64,000 bases of DNA from Torpedo marmorata (GCA_977017645.1 OZ360230.1:39122001-39186000); one strand, 5' to 3'; positions 11,780 to 25,249 are shown, numbered from the stretch's first letter. Made by a program: numbers and translations. The notes: generated by a model from the letters alone, not told the origin.

Positions 11780-13999
11780 CAGTAGGAGACCCCCCAGGAC
11801 CACCCCTTCAGAAAAGATGTAATCAGCTATACATTGAGCTTTTATCCTGTCAGCAGGGGGAGGGTCAAAGGGGGCGGGTATGAGTGTGTGGGAGAGTGTG
11901 GATGGATTGGTGATCTACCAGATTCCTTGTTGGAATTACAAAGGGAGTCCAGGAGCACCCTCTGGAAATATAGGGCTAATTTCTCCTCCTGCAACCTTAA
12001 TCATATCCTGTGCTGTGGCACTTCAACCAGCCCCATGTTTATCCTTTCATCAGATGTTAGCTTGAGGCAAATTAGGAATCAAGCAATAATATGTCCTTAT
12101 GTGATTTCCATCCTCATGGATTACTATTGTGCTTTTTTCAGAGATGGAAGTTTGAGCTCCCCTGTTCTTTTGTATCTTGATGATTGTCTTCATCAGTTAA
12201 CTACTATATTTCAGTGAAATATATCACTCAGTCCTTATTAGTACAGGATTCTTACCTTTAGTATTTACCATTAACACTGTGTTTGGACAAATCAGACCAC
12301 TCAATCCCTTTAAAGGGTGTAGCTAATGGCCACTTATTCAATTGGGCAGCATTTGAACAAAACACTCCCTATTGTTTTTCACAGATCATATTCTAATTAT
12401 GCATGCTATCCAATCCCCATTAAGATAACACAAAGATTCAATACACAACGCCTGGAACTGATGAGCACTCAATTATGACTTTTACACAGCCGCTGCGTAA
12501 CGAGAAATTCTCGCAAATTTCCCGCAATGTTGGCTGTGTAAAAAGGTCGTGACGGAAATTAGTAACTAATTTCCATCCCTACATTTTTCCTTCAGCAGCC
12601 CGAGACATTTTTGCGGACTGCCTGCAGTCTCAACTGAACTGCAGGCGGTCCGCAACAATGGGCTAATGAATACGACGTCCACCCTCTGAAATCACCACAA
12701 CGCAGGAAGTTAGTGTAAACATCCTTCCTGTGTGAACTGCCACTCCGGAGGGTAAGTATGCAAATTGATGATGGGAAATTCTCAGTACTTATGTCTAAAA
12801 GCCAAAAATAGTATATCATTCCAGCCATCTTATTATCCAGAAAACAACTTTTTCTTCATTGTTTCAAGTCTATGTATTCTTATTCATGCCATTGGGTCAA
12901 AAATGACAAGTAACTGCTAGTGCAGGACCATTTGATCTTAATTTGGCCAACCTACTATATATCTCAAAGGAGCAATAAATAACATTTCTTCTGTAGGTTC
13001 TTCATCTCAGACCATAATAGCATTCATCTTTCATTTTCTTTTGGTCCTTATAGTTTGGATATATCACTGTTCCTGAATTGATGTTTTTATAGGGCATATT
13101 CTCTCATATGACCAGGCCAATGATCTCGTAAAAAAATGGATTAATTTTACCTAGAACCAGGAAGAGCAGGATTATTTTTTACAGCTCTCAAGCAGTTCCA
13201 AATATTGATGTAAGGCTGCCATATGACTCTCTCTACCATTTCCATTCACCTGCTATACTGTGAGCTGATGTTACTGGTGTAGTACTTAGGAATACAGCAT
13301 CATTGTGGATGTGTTATTGTCTAGTGATCCCGAGGCCTAGGTTAAGAACCCAAATGTTGAACATTCCACCATCTTAGTTTTTTTTATACAAAGTATTGAA
13401 TAAAGAACTGGTTTCCAAAACTGCCAGATTGATATTAAACCCTAATATCTTCCAACCCTAGAGTAGGTGGTTCTTCACTGTCCTTTGAAGTCACAAGACA
13501 TTTAATTGTATCAAGGATTATAATCTGACAGACAACTCAGCATTGCCCTGCCATTAAATTAGGAATAACCAAGGCATTGATATCCTGCAAAATCATTAAG
13601 ATATGAAGACTAGTGGCAAATTTGGCAGTGGTATCTCTGATTAGCCATGGAATTGAAATTACAGTCAGGAACAGTTATTAGCTCGTGCCCTAAGGAATTT
13701 ACTACTGACCAAAGGGACATTCTGTTCCATTAGCAGATCAGATCACCAAGTTGTATACAATAGAGATGGCCCTGGATTTAGGGCACTTCTTTATTGATTC
13801 TGTGCCCACAAACTTTCATGATTTCCCATTAAACATAGGAATAGGATCCTCCTTCTCATCACTACTTTTTGCTGTCCATCAACTGATGAAAGGCTAGGGA
13901 AAATGGTAGGTGCAATTCGGATTTCTTCACTTTTTAGAGAAATCACTAAGCATAGCAGGGGTACTAAAAGTGTTCTGGATGTGGGATTTCAATGAGCAC

Positions 14000-14325
14000 C
14001 AACAATTTTTAAATATATGGTTACAGAAAGGAATTAAGAAAATAGAAAGATTGTTATGAAAGAGGCCAATTGATGTCATTTGTACTGTTAAGAAATAAAT
14101 ATGGAATACCGAATAATACTCTTTTTTGTTATTTTCAACTAAGAGGATATCTAAGGGAAAAACTAGGTTCAGACATGTTGTTACAAAATTGTAGTGAAGT
14201 GGAAACTCTTATTAGAAAAGGAAATACTAGAAAATTTACTTCTATAATATACTCTTTGTTACAAAGAGGAGCCCTTAAACAAGGACTTCATAAATCTAGA
14301 CAGAGATGGGAACAAGATCTTAATG
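14000..14325 (+). mobile_element. L1 ORF2 fragment
   Basis: KYGIPNNTLFCYFQLR...KSRQRWEQDL. Confidence 0.75.
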
Positions 14326-14354
14326 CGGCACCACACCAGTGGCTAAGGACATTT

Positions 14355-15830
14355 TAAATATTTCTGTCAGAGCCCCTGCGATTTCTACGCTAGCCTCCCT
14401 CAAGGTCCGAAGGAATATCTTGTCAGGCCCTTGGGATTTATCTACCCTTATTTGCTTTAAGACAGCAAGCACTTCCTCCTCTTTAATCTGTTAAGGTTCC
14501 ATAACCTCACTGCTTGTTTTCCTTACTTCCCACGACTCTATGCCCATTTCGAGGACTAGAGGGCATAGTTTAAGAATTCAGGGAAGGCCCTTTAGGACGG
14601 AGATGAGAAAAAATTTCTTTAGCCAGAGAAGTGTGAATCTGTGGAATGCTCTGCCACAGAGGGTGGTAGAGGCAGATTCGCTGATTATGTTCAAAAGAGA
14701 GTTAGATAAGACTCTAATGGGCAGAGGATTTAAGGGTTATGGGGATAAGGCTGGTAAGGGGTACTGATAGTAGTGATCAGCCATGATCTGTAAAATGGCG
14801 GTGCTGGCTCGACGGGCCGAAGGGCCTACTCCAGCTCCTATTGTCTATTGTCTATTGTCTATTGTCTATTTCCTTAGTAAATACTGAGGAAAAAAAAACA
14901 TTTAAGATTTCCCTCATCTCTTTTGGCACCATACAAAGCCGACCACTCTGATCTGCAAGGGGACCAATTCTGTCCCTTACTATCCTTTTGCTCTTAATAT
15001 ACCTGTAGAAACCCTTAGGATTTTCCTTCACATTGTCTGCCAAAGCAACCTCATGTCTTCTTTTAGCCTTCTTGGTTCCTTTTTTGAGATTTTTCTTGCA
15101 TTTTTTATACTCCTCATTTTCTCCATGCTGCCTATACATTTTATACACCTCTCGCTTCTTCCGAACCAGATCCCTAATATCCTTCGAAAACCAAGGTTCC
15201 CTATACCTTCTAACCTTGCCTTTGATCCTGACAGGAACATACAGACTCTGTACTCTCAAAATTTCACCTTTGAAGGTCCTCCACTTACCTTGCACGTCCT
15301 TGCCTGAAAACAACTTATCCCAATCCATGCATTCTTGATCCTTTCTCATTTCCTGAAATTTAGCCTTTCTCCAATTTAGAATCTCAACCCAAGGCCCAGA
15401 CCTATCCTTCGCCATAATTAACTTGAAACTAATGGCATTATGATCACTGGACCCAAAATGTTCCCCAACACATACCTCAGTCGCCTGTCCTGTCTCGTTC
15501 CCTAATAGGAGATCCAGTATTGGACCCTCTCTAGTTGGTACCTCTATATATTGGTTTAGAAAACTTTCCTGAACACATTTGACAAACTCCAAGCCATCCA
15601 GCCCTTTTACAGTATGGGAGTCTCAGTCAATATGTGGAAAGTTAAAATCACCTACTATCACAACTTTATGTTTTCTGCAGCTGTCTGCTATCTCTCTACA
15701 TATTTGTCCCCCTCCAGTTCAGATGCAAACCGTCCCGTCGGAACAGGTCCCACCTTCTCTGGAAGAGAGCCCAATGACCTAAAAACCTGAAGCCCTCACT
15801 CCTACACCATGTCTTTAGCCACGTGTTAAG
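14355..15830 (-). mobile_element. CR1 LINE internal segment (endonuclease/linker) with a plus-strand CR1 3' end inserted at ~14551-14870
   Basis: ORF 14852-15592: PTREGPILDLLL..HFGSSDHN..KENPKGFYRYIKSK. The insert encodes RTRGHSLRI..FFSQRSVNLWN and has a (CTATTGT)n tail. Confidence 0.88.
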
Positions 15831-16080
15831 CTGCATTATCCTTCTATTTCTAACCTACTTCTACATATGTGACTGACATTACCAGTTTACCAGCCTGAGG
15901 CCCAATTTCAGATTATTTATGGGCAACAAGGAACTTCTGTCTGATTATATATCTGCATGAATGATAATGCTTCCATTCTAAATCCCAAGTATGATCCTAG
16001 CTTTGACTAGAATCTCTCACAAAATAAACTTGCACTGTCAGTTTAACCTGCAAAATTATCCACAGCACTTGAACAATATT

Positions 16081-17312
16081 TCTTTTTCTTTTCTTTTTAA
16101 AATATTTTTATTGAGTTTAACATATAAACAAGTATACAAAAAATTTGGAGAACACATAAAAGTCATCTCATATACATACAAATACAAAAGAAAAAAAACC
16201 AGATGGAACTACCGTTATATTAACCAGTTCCTGAATCCACATGAGAGACAAGTTATGAATATACTATAAAAATCATGTTGAAACCCATATTACAAATTAT
16301 TCAAACTAAAAAGAATGGTAAAAATAAATGAACCAAACAAAAAAAACAACCTAAAAACTAAATCTAATCTATCCCCTCCCTCTAATCAAGGTTACCTTTG
16401 TAAGAAAAATGAAAAATATGGATCAGATAGCGACCTCCAGATATCGGACAGAGAATCCTCGGAACATTCAAAATTCTTAATTCTTCCAATCATGATAGTA
16501 TTCTATGAATGGGCCCCACATCTTTAGAAATTGAAACTTTCTATCTTTGATATTGTATCTAATTTTCTCCAAGCTCAAATTTGACATTACATCCTGTAAC
16601 CACTGTATATGGGTAGGTGAAGAATCATCTTTCCATTTCAATAAAATTGCTCGTCTGGCTATCAACGTGGAAAAAGCTAAGACTTTCTCCTGAGATGCAG
16701 ACAGAAGTATATCTGGTTCACGTGAAAAACCAAACAAAGCAATTATCGGACATGGTTCTATATTAATCTTGAAAATCATTGATAAATTTTGGAAAATATC
16801 TTTCCAAAATCTCTCTAAATTTGGGCATTCCCAATACATATGAATCAGTGAAGCTTAAAATTTTTTACACTTCTCACAAAGTGGATCAATATCTGCATAA
16901 AAACGAGATAATTTAAGTTGTGACATATGGATTCTATGTACCACCTTAAATTGTAATAAGCAATGCCTTGCACAAAATGAAGAAGCATTGATCAAGCTAA
17001 GAGTAAAATACCAATCTTCATCTGAAAATGTTATTTTCAAATCACGTTCCCAATCGTTCTTAATCCCAGCCATAGAGGCTGATTTTATATCCAATAAATC
17101 ATTGTAAATGCATGATGTTAATCTTCGATGAAAAAAAAACATAAGTTAACAAGTGAATCGAGGATATTAGTATTTGAGATTTGAAGAAAATCAGAAAAAA
17201 ATGTCTAATTTGTAAATATCTAAAAAAATGTCTGTTAGAAAGATTAAATTTGGCTACTAGTTGTTCAAAAGAGGCAAAGTTATCTCGAATAAAAAGATCG
17301 TTAATATTTCAA
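16081..17312 (-). mobile_element. L1-type LINE 3' part (second, older subfamily)
   Basis: QFKVVHR..CEKCK..HMYWECP..LEKIRY, frameshifted; poly(T) on the plus strand. Confidence 0.85.
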
Positions 17313-18544
17313 AATTTAGACTGTACTATCCTTGACTTACCAAATAAAATTGTTACAAAATGCATCGTCTATAAACACTGATCACTCCTTTTCTACCAAT
17401 TAGGGAAATAGTGGAATAATAAAATGCATTGCAGTCTGGAAGTCAATTTGTGGGATTAACCCTCATCCAGATTTGCAATGAGGATTACGAGGTAGGCTGC
17501 ATTTATTTGGCTCAATTTCCAACATTGTGTTTCTGATCAAGAAACTTGCTTCTGGAATCTAGTCAGAGATTAAACATAATTTTCCAACTACTTAAATGAT
17601 TTTATCAAAATAAAATCACATGCAGTCCACACTCAGACTTCCAGTACATAGTTCCGGTGGAAAATACCCTGATTGGCAATGATAAAATATGATTTCTAAT
17701 GTGAACAGCTCAAATTAAAAAAATCATCTGGCATTGTTGTTTACATTGTCAGGACTTTTCATAATAATCTGCACCCAGGGAATATTTTTTGAAGTGCAGT
17801 CATGATTATTATGAAGGCAAACTTCACACATTTACATTTGCCAAAGTCAGTTGAGTTTCCCATAATAATAAATGAAATGTTGGAAATATGCAACAGTGTT
17901 TGTGGGAAGAGAAGTGTGTCAATAGATCAGCTCAATGAGCTTTCTTCAGCAATCAATTAATTCCCAGTTCATATGATCTTGATGTTGTAGATTCTGAAAG
18001 ATATCTCACCTATAGGATCTTTATTTCCACTTTAATTTGTTCATGTGGGCTCAGTTTGATTGATTCAGCCCTTTCAGTCCATGGGCTGAAACAGTTGAAC
18101 CGAATGGAAACTTGAACTCAAAATCAAAGTTGACACTCTTGACACTGTATCCTTAAGGCTACACTATTTCCGAACATGAATCAATTTCAACAAAGTCAGA
18201 GAGTTGAGCAGCAGAGAAACAGGCTCTTTGGCCCATCACATCCCTGATGATTTTTTGTTCATCTGCTCTAGTCCCATTTGCCCACATTGGGATCATATAC
18301 TTCTACATGAAATCTACATGAAACGCTACCGTCAGAGAGCAGCAGCAATCATCAAGGATCCACACCACCCAGGACATGCTCCATTCTCACTGCTGCCATC
18401 AGGAAAGAGGTATAGGTTCCACAAGACTCATACCACCAGGTTCAGGAACAGTTGCTACCCCTCCACCATCAGACTCCTAAACAACAGACTCAATCAGAGA
18501 CTCATTTCAGGAGTCTTACTTTGCACATTATTAAATTAAATTTA

Positions 18545-18795
18545 AATAAAAAATTTAGACATACAGCACTGTAACAGGCCATTTCGGCCCTACGAGTTTG
18601 TGCCGCCCAATTTACACCCCATTAACCTACACCCCCGGTACATTTTGAAAGGTGGGAGGAAACCGGAGCCCCCGGAGAAAACCCACGCAGACTCGGGGAG
18701 AACGTACAAACTCCTTACAGACAGCGCGGGATTCGAAGCCAGGTCCGGTCCCGATCGCTGGCGCTATAAAGGCGTTATGCTAACCGCTACGCCAA
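18545..18795 (-). mobile_element. tRNA-derived V-SINE (HE1-like)
   Basis: Reverse complement of 27549-27780; A/B boxes and V-core GGAGTTTGTACGTTCTCCCC..GGGTTT. Confidence 0.85.
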
Positions 18796-18818
18796 TGGTT
18801 GAATATTTATATTCTGTA

Positions 18819-19554
18819 TTCAAGATTCAAGATTCAATTTATTGTCATAGTAATAAGACAGTGTCATATTCCATGAAATTTCTTTTTGCCTGCTGCAAGG
18901 CAGACAGATTCGCCACCGGCAGAAATTGCCTAAGAGCCTCTAACATTCCTCACAGTCAGAGAAAGAGAAGCAAAAGAGAGTCCTCCCAGAGTCACCGAGT
19001 GTCCATAGATTTGCCTCCAGCGCTTCCGCAGCCTCCGCAGCCACACAGAGTCCAGTCCAAACGATCGGCATCCCGAGCTCCAGATCCGAACCTCCAACAT
19101 GGTCAGGTCGCCCTCGGCACCCCCTCGCATCCCGGTTCTGATACCTGGTACTCCTCCAGCCAGTTCGAGCCAGCCTCCAGCAGTCTGCAGCCCGGCGTGA
19201 GTCCCCTGACAGCAGTCTCCAGCAGCCCACAGCCTCCACGGGTTCCTCGCCTCAAGTCGCCAGCAGCCCACTGCATGCACTGGTCCTTCAGCCTCAGAGC
19301 CCCTCACCGTCCCGTGGGTCGTCTCCTCCGCTTCTCCTTCTCAGACGGGGGTGGGGGGGGTGTGATCTTCCCGTCCTCTGGTGCCCTGCTCCAGTCCTCC
19401 GCTTCCCCGGAATCTGCAGCCCCTCGTGGCTGCTGCCGGTTAAAAGGCGCTGCCATCTTGGGTGCAGACCCCGTGGTCGCGGGATCTTAAATAAAACCAC
19501 TGTCAGCTCCTTTAACGGGCCCTTCAAAGCCCATGCGGAACCGACGGTAGTCGA
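18819..19554 (-). mobile_element. Non-autonomous GC-rich retro-element with (TTGAATC)n tail
   Basis: Second copy on the plus strand at ~41387-41740; ATGACAATAAA + tandem tail as in Rex-like elements; CAAGATGGC motif near 19455. Confidence 0.75.
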
Positions 19555-20518
19555 CTGCCGAGACCCAAGCGACTCCAGCCTGATCTCTTTGCCAAAAGGA
19601 CTTTTCTTAACTTCGTGTACGAACTGAGCGAGTTGGGAGTGTGTGCGACTGCAGTAATAGATCTTAGTCACATGTTCTTCCTCCAAATCATCCTCGTCAG
19701 ACAGGCCAGAATCCTTTGATTTCTTTTCATCATCACTCTCAAAATCGGCAAGAATGAAGCCCTCGTCCTCCTTATCCAGTACATCGGTGTTCAACGCCTG
19801 TTCAGGAGTCACCACTTCTTTACTCATCTGAATGAGGTGTTCTGTGTCATCGTCTTCTCTCTTGCGTTTCAAAGCATATTTAAGATGCACATTATTACGC
19901 ATTTGCTCCAATCGTTCCTCTCTTTCCTTTCTTCTTAATTCTTCATCTTTCAATTTATCAACCAGGTCACGCTCAGCCTTCTTCTGCACAAATTCAGTGA
20001 TCCAGTCCAATTCGCCCCCTGAGCTCTTGGATTTTGACTCCTTGGAGCCAACAGGGGAAATCTGCAGATCCTGGGACTACCATTGCTGTGGAAGTCGGTC
20101 TTCCAAAAGCTGGGCTGCTTCCGGTTTCTTTTTCTCTTCAAAGTCCCTGAGCCATGTGAGTGCTCTACAGATGAGACTGAGTGACTTCCCCGTCCCGGTG
20201 GGACTCCCAAATATCCCAATCTTTCCTTCATCAAGCACAATGTACAGCGCAGTCATAAATTCCTCCTGTATGGAGTAGGGTTTGAAGGGAAACGGGAATT
20301 TTGAGGTTGTTTCACCCTTCTCTTCAGCCATAACCTCTAAAACTACAGCGCACGCCCGGCACCCTGCCAATGAGCAGCGGGCCCGGCCTCGCCGACAGAT
20401 GCCGCCCAGTTACCACGAGCCGGGGTACGGTGCAATCCGGCTCCCGGCCTCTGCCGAGACCTCCTCACTGGTGCGGGCCTGGCTCGCTACCGTTCCCTAC
20501 TCTTTCCCAGGGCCGTCA
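19555..20518 (-). pseudogene. DDX11: Processed DDX11 (ChlR1 helicase) retrocopy: 5' UTR plus N-terminal coding part, disabled and 3'-truncated
   Basis: ATG at 20331: [32 protein letters not shown] (Q motif, Walker A), then [38 protein letters not shown]. No introns; stop at 20077-79 plus a frameshift; GC-rich leader to ~20518. Confidence 0.92.
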
Positions 20519-20652
20519 CATTTCTTTCTTTGTTTACATTTCTCTCTTTTGTATATGTATTTTTTCTTGAGTACAGTTTTTTTCATAACCGATAAGTAGA
20601 AATTTGACCTAGCCCGCAGGAAAGAGAATCTTAGTGTTGTATGTGATGTCAT

Positions 20653-21434
20653 CAGTGGCGGATTAATCATTAGGCTGAGTAGGCTTAAGCCTAGGGGCCC
20701 GAAAGGGATGGGGGGGCTCGAGAGCAAAAAAAAATGGTTCAATTGAGTGTACCCGTGAGTATTTTGGATGATATTTCAGTACTTTTGCATATATTGTTTT
20801 CATATCTGGAATATTACAAATATTACAAATACTATTTTGTTTTCTAAATTAGGCTCCAAACATATAAACATTTAGAAGTAATGCTTTTATGACTTTGTAC
20901 TGCAGCCGCGAGATTGTGTTTACCATGACGACGTTATTACGTCACGAGTTGGCGTTAACATGCGCGTATACTGGTTAAAGACAGGGAGCGAAGCCTGTTG
21001 GAACATGAATGCCAGTATTGTGAAATCTATAAAATGTAACGGTAAACAGAAACATTACTTTAGTAAGTCCATGTTTTACCGCTCCCTTACAAATGGTGAG
21101 AAAATCAGGAGAAGTTAGCTGTGCTATTCTCCAAGCACAGGTAAGGCGTTCTGTTTTAACTGCAAACTGTTTTCAAGTGAAGATCATGATTGATTACTCG
21201 ACAATACAAGTCAGAACGTGATTACATGAAAGCACTGCTGGAAAGAGTTGTTGCTACAATTAACTTTCTTGCTTATACATGTAGTACATTATACATAGTA
21301 CAGCGATATAAGTTATTTAACGTAACTTAACGTCACTTTATTCTATTCAATGAAGGGTGGGACAGGGGGGCAAGGTCATGGGGAGCCTTACTAAAGCTCA
21401 GCCTAGGGGCCTGGGTGGTAGTGAATCCGCACTG
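20653..21434 (+). mobile_element. hAT (Tip100/ZMYM1-like) deletion derivative
   Basis: TIR CAGTGGCGGATT / AATCCGCACTG; 8-bp TSD GATGTCAT (20645-52, 21435-42); TTF zinc-finger remnant NGEKIRRS*LCYSPSTGKAFCFNCKLF at ~21090-21170. Confidence 0.9.
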
Positions 21435-21535
21435 GATGTCATGTATGCACTCTGACAATAAATCTGAACTTTGAAATTTGAACTTTGAACTTCTCAGCCT
21501 TGCCTATTTAAGTGTCTGTTTATATGCCTCTAAAA

Positions 21536-22152
21536 CAGTGGTTTTGAAACTTTTTCTTTCCACTCACATACCACCTTAAGTAATCCCTATGCCATAAGTG
21601 TTCTGAAATTAGTAAGGGATTGCTTAAGGTGGTATGTGACTGGAAAGAAAAAGTTTCAAAACCACAGTTTTAATCGTACCTAATTGACACGTTATGTGCA
21701 TGGTTTCATAACTCCAAAGGAAATGGGCCAATGACAATTTTTCTCAAGCAAAATATTTCAGTAACAATTGGGTCTAGAGCAGTGGTTCTCAATCTTCCCT
21801 TCCCACTCACATACCACCTTAAGCAATCCCTTACTAATCACAGAGCATTTATGGCATAGGGATTGCTTAAGGTGGAATGTGAGTTTAGGGGGGCAGTTTG
21901 AAAACCAGTTTTAATCATACCTAATTGACTCGTTATGTGCACGGTTTCATAACTCCAAAGGAAATGGGCCAATGACAATTTTTCTCAAGCAAAATATTTC
22001 AGTAACAATTGGGTCTAGAGCAGTGGTTCTCAACCTTTTTTTTCCTACTCACATACCACCTTAAGTAATTCCTTATTAATCACAGAGCATCTATGGCATA
22101 AGGATTACTTATGGTGGTATGTGAGTGGAAAGAAAAAGTTTGAAAACCACTG
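21536..22152. mobile_element. Composite hAT MITE: three palindromic ~130-bp units with spacers
   Basis: Units start CAGTGGTT at 21536, 21780 and 22021 (period ~241-244); outer 8-bp TSD CTCTAAAA (21528-35, 22153-60). Confidence 0.85.
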
Positions 22153-22529
22153 CTCTAAAACATGACTTGTTAGCTATATTTAAAATTAGCTTAAACTTAG
22201 CTTCTCAATGCTAGTGCATTTGAACTTCCCCTACAATGAAGCAGTTTGTGGCTGACCACCAAGGAGAGACCTAAAGTACAATCCTTGAGGAAAGCAGCAG
22301 TCTCACCATTTTAATCAAAGGTAAGGATCATCCACGTTAAGAGGAAGTCTAAATAGCACCCCCTGATGTTCAGTAGCATTACTTCCACAAAATCTAGGGT
22401 GCTTGAAATAATGGCATAAATATGAATAAACAGGAATGATCTAATAGTCTTTACAGAGACATGGTTGCAAAATGCAAAGGTATTCCAGGACACTTAGTTT
22501 TTAGAAGTGAAATGCTAAAAAATCAGAGT

Positions 22530-22710
22530 AGAAAGCCTTGATATGAATGCGGGCTCAATTTTAACATTTAAGAAAAAATTGGACAGGTACATGGGTGGGA
22601 GAGGTATGAAGGGCTATGGACTGGGTGCAGGTCAGTAGGACTAGGGAGAAAAATGGTTCGGATCAGATTAGAAGGGCCTGTTTCTGTGCTGTAATGTTCT
22701 ATGGTTCTAT
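22530..22710 (+). mobile_element. CR1 3' end
   Basis: 3' UTR with (ATGGTTCT)-type tail. Confidence 0.65.
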
Positions 22711-22860
22711 TAAAGAATGAGACAAATGAGAAATCTTAGCTCAGAAACTCAATAAATAGTGTTGGTGCAGATGAAGCTAAAAACAGCAAGAGGCAGAAAA
22801 CATCTGTGTGAGTTGTACATAGGGTCCCATGCAGCAGGGTCAATGTAAGGCACAGTGTAA

Positions 22861-24464
22861 TGTTTTTCCAAGAATTCAATATCTTTTTCAATCAATTCCT
22901 TATGAAATTCCTCAAAAATCTTTAAAGATTTAAATTCAACTATTAGGAAATTTTTATGGAAAGGAAAGTTGGCAAGGGTAGGTATAGAAAAATTAACTTG
23001 GAATTATGAAATGGGTGGTTTACAACTTCCTAATTTTCAAAATTATTATAAAGCAGCTAAATTAAAATTTATTAATGAATTTTTTGATTTAACTAAATCT
23101 TCTGCTTGGATTAGAATAGAATTAAATAATATAGGAGAAGATTCTAAGGAAGAAGTTATTTATAAATGGGATTCTAAATTAATATCAACAAAAAGGAAAA
23201 ATTCTCCTATTCTTAAACATCTGTTAGAAATTTGGAGTAAGACGGATAAAGAAATAGGAGGAAAAGGAACGATTTCTCCTAAGATGCCTTTATATCAAAA
23301 TGAACTTATTCCATTTACTATTAATAATCAATTATTTAAAATTTGGTTTCAAAAAGGAATTAAGAAAATAAATGACTGTTTTGAAGCTGGGAAATTTATT
23401 ACTTTTCAAAGAATGAAAGATAAATTCAATATATTGGATAATACACTTTTTGCTTATTATCAAATTAGAGCATTTTTGGTTGAGAAATTAGGTTATAGTT
23501 TGATCTTACCAAGACAGAATGAATAAGAATTATTAGTTACTAAAGGAGATGTAAATAAATTTATTTCACAAATGTATAAAATGTTTCAGAGGAAAACTCC
23601 TAAAGTAGGAATTCATAAATCAAGATTAAAGTGGGAACTAGATTTGAATGTAATAATAGATGAAAATCATTGGAAAGAATTATGTAAATTAAGTATGACG
23701 AAGATTATTAATGTTAGATATAGATTAGTACAATATAATTTTTTTCATCAATTATATTTAACACCTAAAAAATTAAAGAAATTTAATCCAACATTATCAG
23801 GTTTATGTTTTAGATGTAATAAAGAGGAAGGTTCTTTTATACATTCTACATGGTTTTGTCCAAAAGTTTATGATTTTTGGTTGAAAGTTAAAAATTTTTT
23901 AGATAAAGTATTTAAGATTACATTCCCAATGGACCCTATGTTATTTTTGTTTGGAGATATTAAAAAACTTAGTATTAAGATGAAATTAAATATGTATCAA
24001 ATAGAATTTTTGCAAATTGCTTTAGCTGTTTCAAAGAAATGTATTGCTATTACTTGGAAATCTGATGTAGATTTAGGGTTAGAAAGATGGCATGCAGAAC
24101 TTCGTTCATGTATACCACTTGAAAAAATTACTTACAATTTACGTAATAAGTATCATTTCTTTTTAAAAATTTGGAGCCCATATATGAAAGTTGTTGGTTT
24201 AAGGATCTGAAAATCTCTGGACATCGGATCTACTGGCGAACCTAACCTCCATAATAGAATTAGTTTATAGATGTATTTTTAGATTGACATTCTCCTTATT
24301 CTATCTTTTTCTTTTTTTTAAATTTTATTTTATTAGATTAGAAGGGATGGGAGGGTTAGGGAGGGGAGGGTGGGTGAAAATATATCACAAGCATTTTGAT
24401 AATTTTATATTTTACCTTATGTATTTTGTGATTTAAAATTTTAAATAAAATATTTAATTTAAAA
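22861..24464 (+). mobile_element. L1-type LINE, 5'-truncated, with TSD
   Basis: ORF2 C-terminal ORFs 22969-24210; TSD AATGTAAGGCACAGTGTAA (22842-60, 24465-83); near-identical to 37257-38880. Confidence 0.95.
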
Positions 24465-25249
24465 AATGTAAGGCACAGTGTAAATCAGGAAATTACAGGT
24501 ACATGTAACAAGAGTAATACAATACTCATGTGAATTTTGATCTGTTTGTAGACTGGGTAAACAAATGAGCAGTTGTGGTGTGAAGGGCCAATTCAGAGTG
24601 GAAAAGATGTTTTCTATGTCAGTATACTATGAGGGAGCAGGTTACTTCAGGTATAGCATTACGTCCAAAAATCAGATTGAAACGAATTTTAAAAAATCAT
24701 GAGGCATGAGGTAGATTGGAAATCATTTCAAAAGGTATGACAGGAAACAAGAAACAATAACATTTATGAAATTAATACATATTTTACGTGATCTGAGGCA
24801 AAAAAAACCCAGAAAGTGCTCTGTAATCGATTTTGAAGGAAGTGGTGAGAGTACTTAAAAAGCAGTAATAGGATTGGACAGAGTTAGCATGGATTTTTGA
24901 GAAGGAAAATTGTGTTTGACATCTGGAATATTTATGTTCTTAATACCTATAAACAAATACAATTTGCATAAACTTCAAAAGATGACTCAATCATTCTGGG
25001 GTCTGTATTGTGGGCTTCAAATAATATGTTTTTATTCCAGCTCCAAAGATGTGAAAACCAAAGTTGTGCTAAAAATAATTGTACTTAATATTCCACAACG
25101 TTTGCACCGATGGAGTTGATTTTGGTCAAATAGTAGTTCAAAAAAACAAAGAATAGTGAATTGATTTTTATTTTTACCTATATCTTAAAACGAAGAAAGG
25201 CAAAGAATTTTAAGGCAGAAATTGTGAGTTTCCTTTTATTCTGACACAA

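Larger units (their letters stand above)
18300..21490 (+). mobile_element. Rex-related LINE 3' end acting as host for a SINE, the DDX11 chimera and a hAT element
   Basis: [20 protein letters not shown] at 18300-18530; 3' UTR resumes at ~20520-20652 and 21435-21490, ending AATAAA(TCTGAACTT)n. Confidence 0.65.

Noticed and set aside
12140-12217. Myotubularin-like SPVLLYLDDCLHQL
   Set aside because: Short resemblance followed by a stop; no other myotubularin exons seen.
18600-19490. 296-aa plus-strand ORF
   Set aside because: It runs antisense across a SINE and a repeat, with no recognisable domain.
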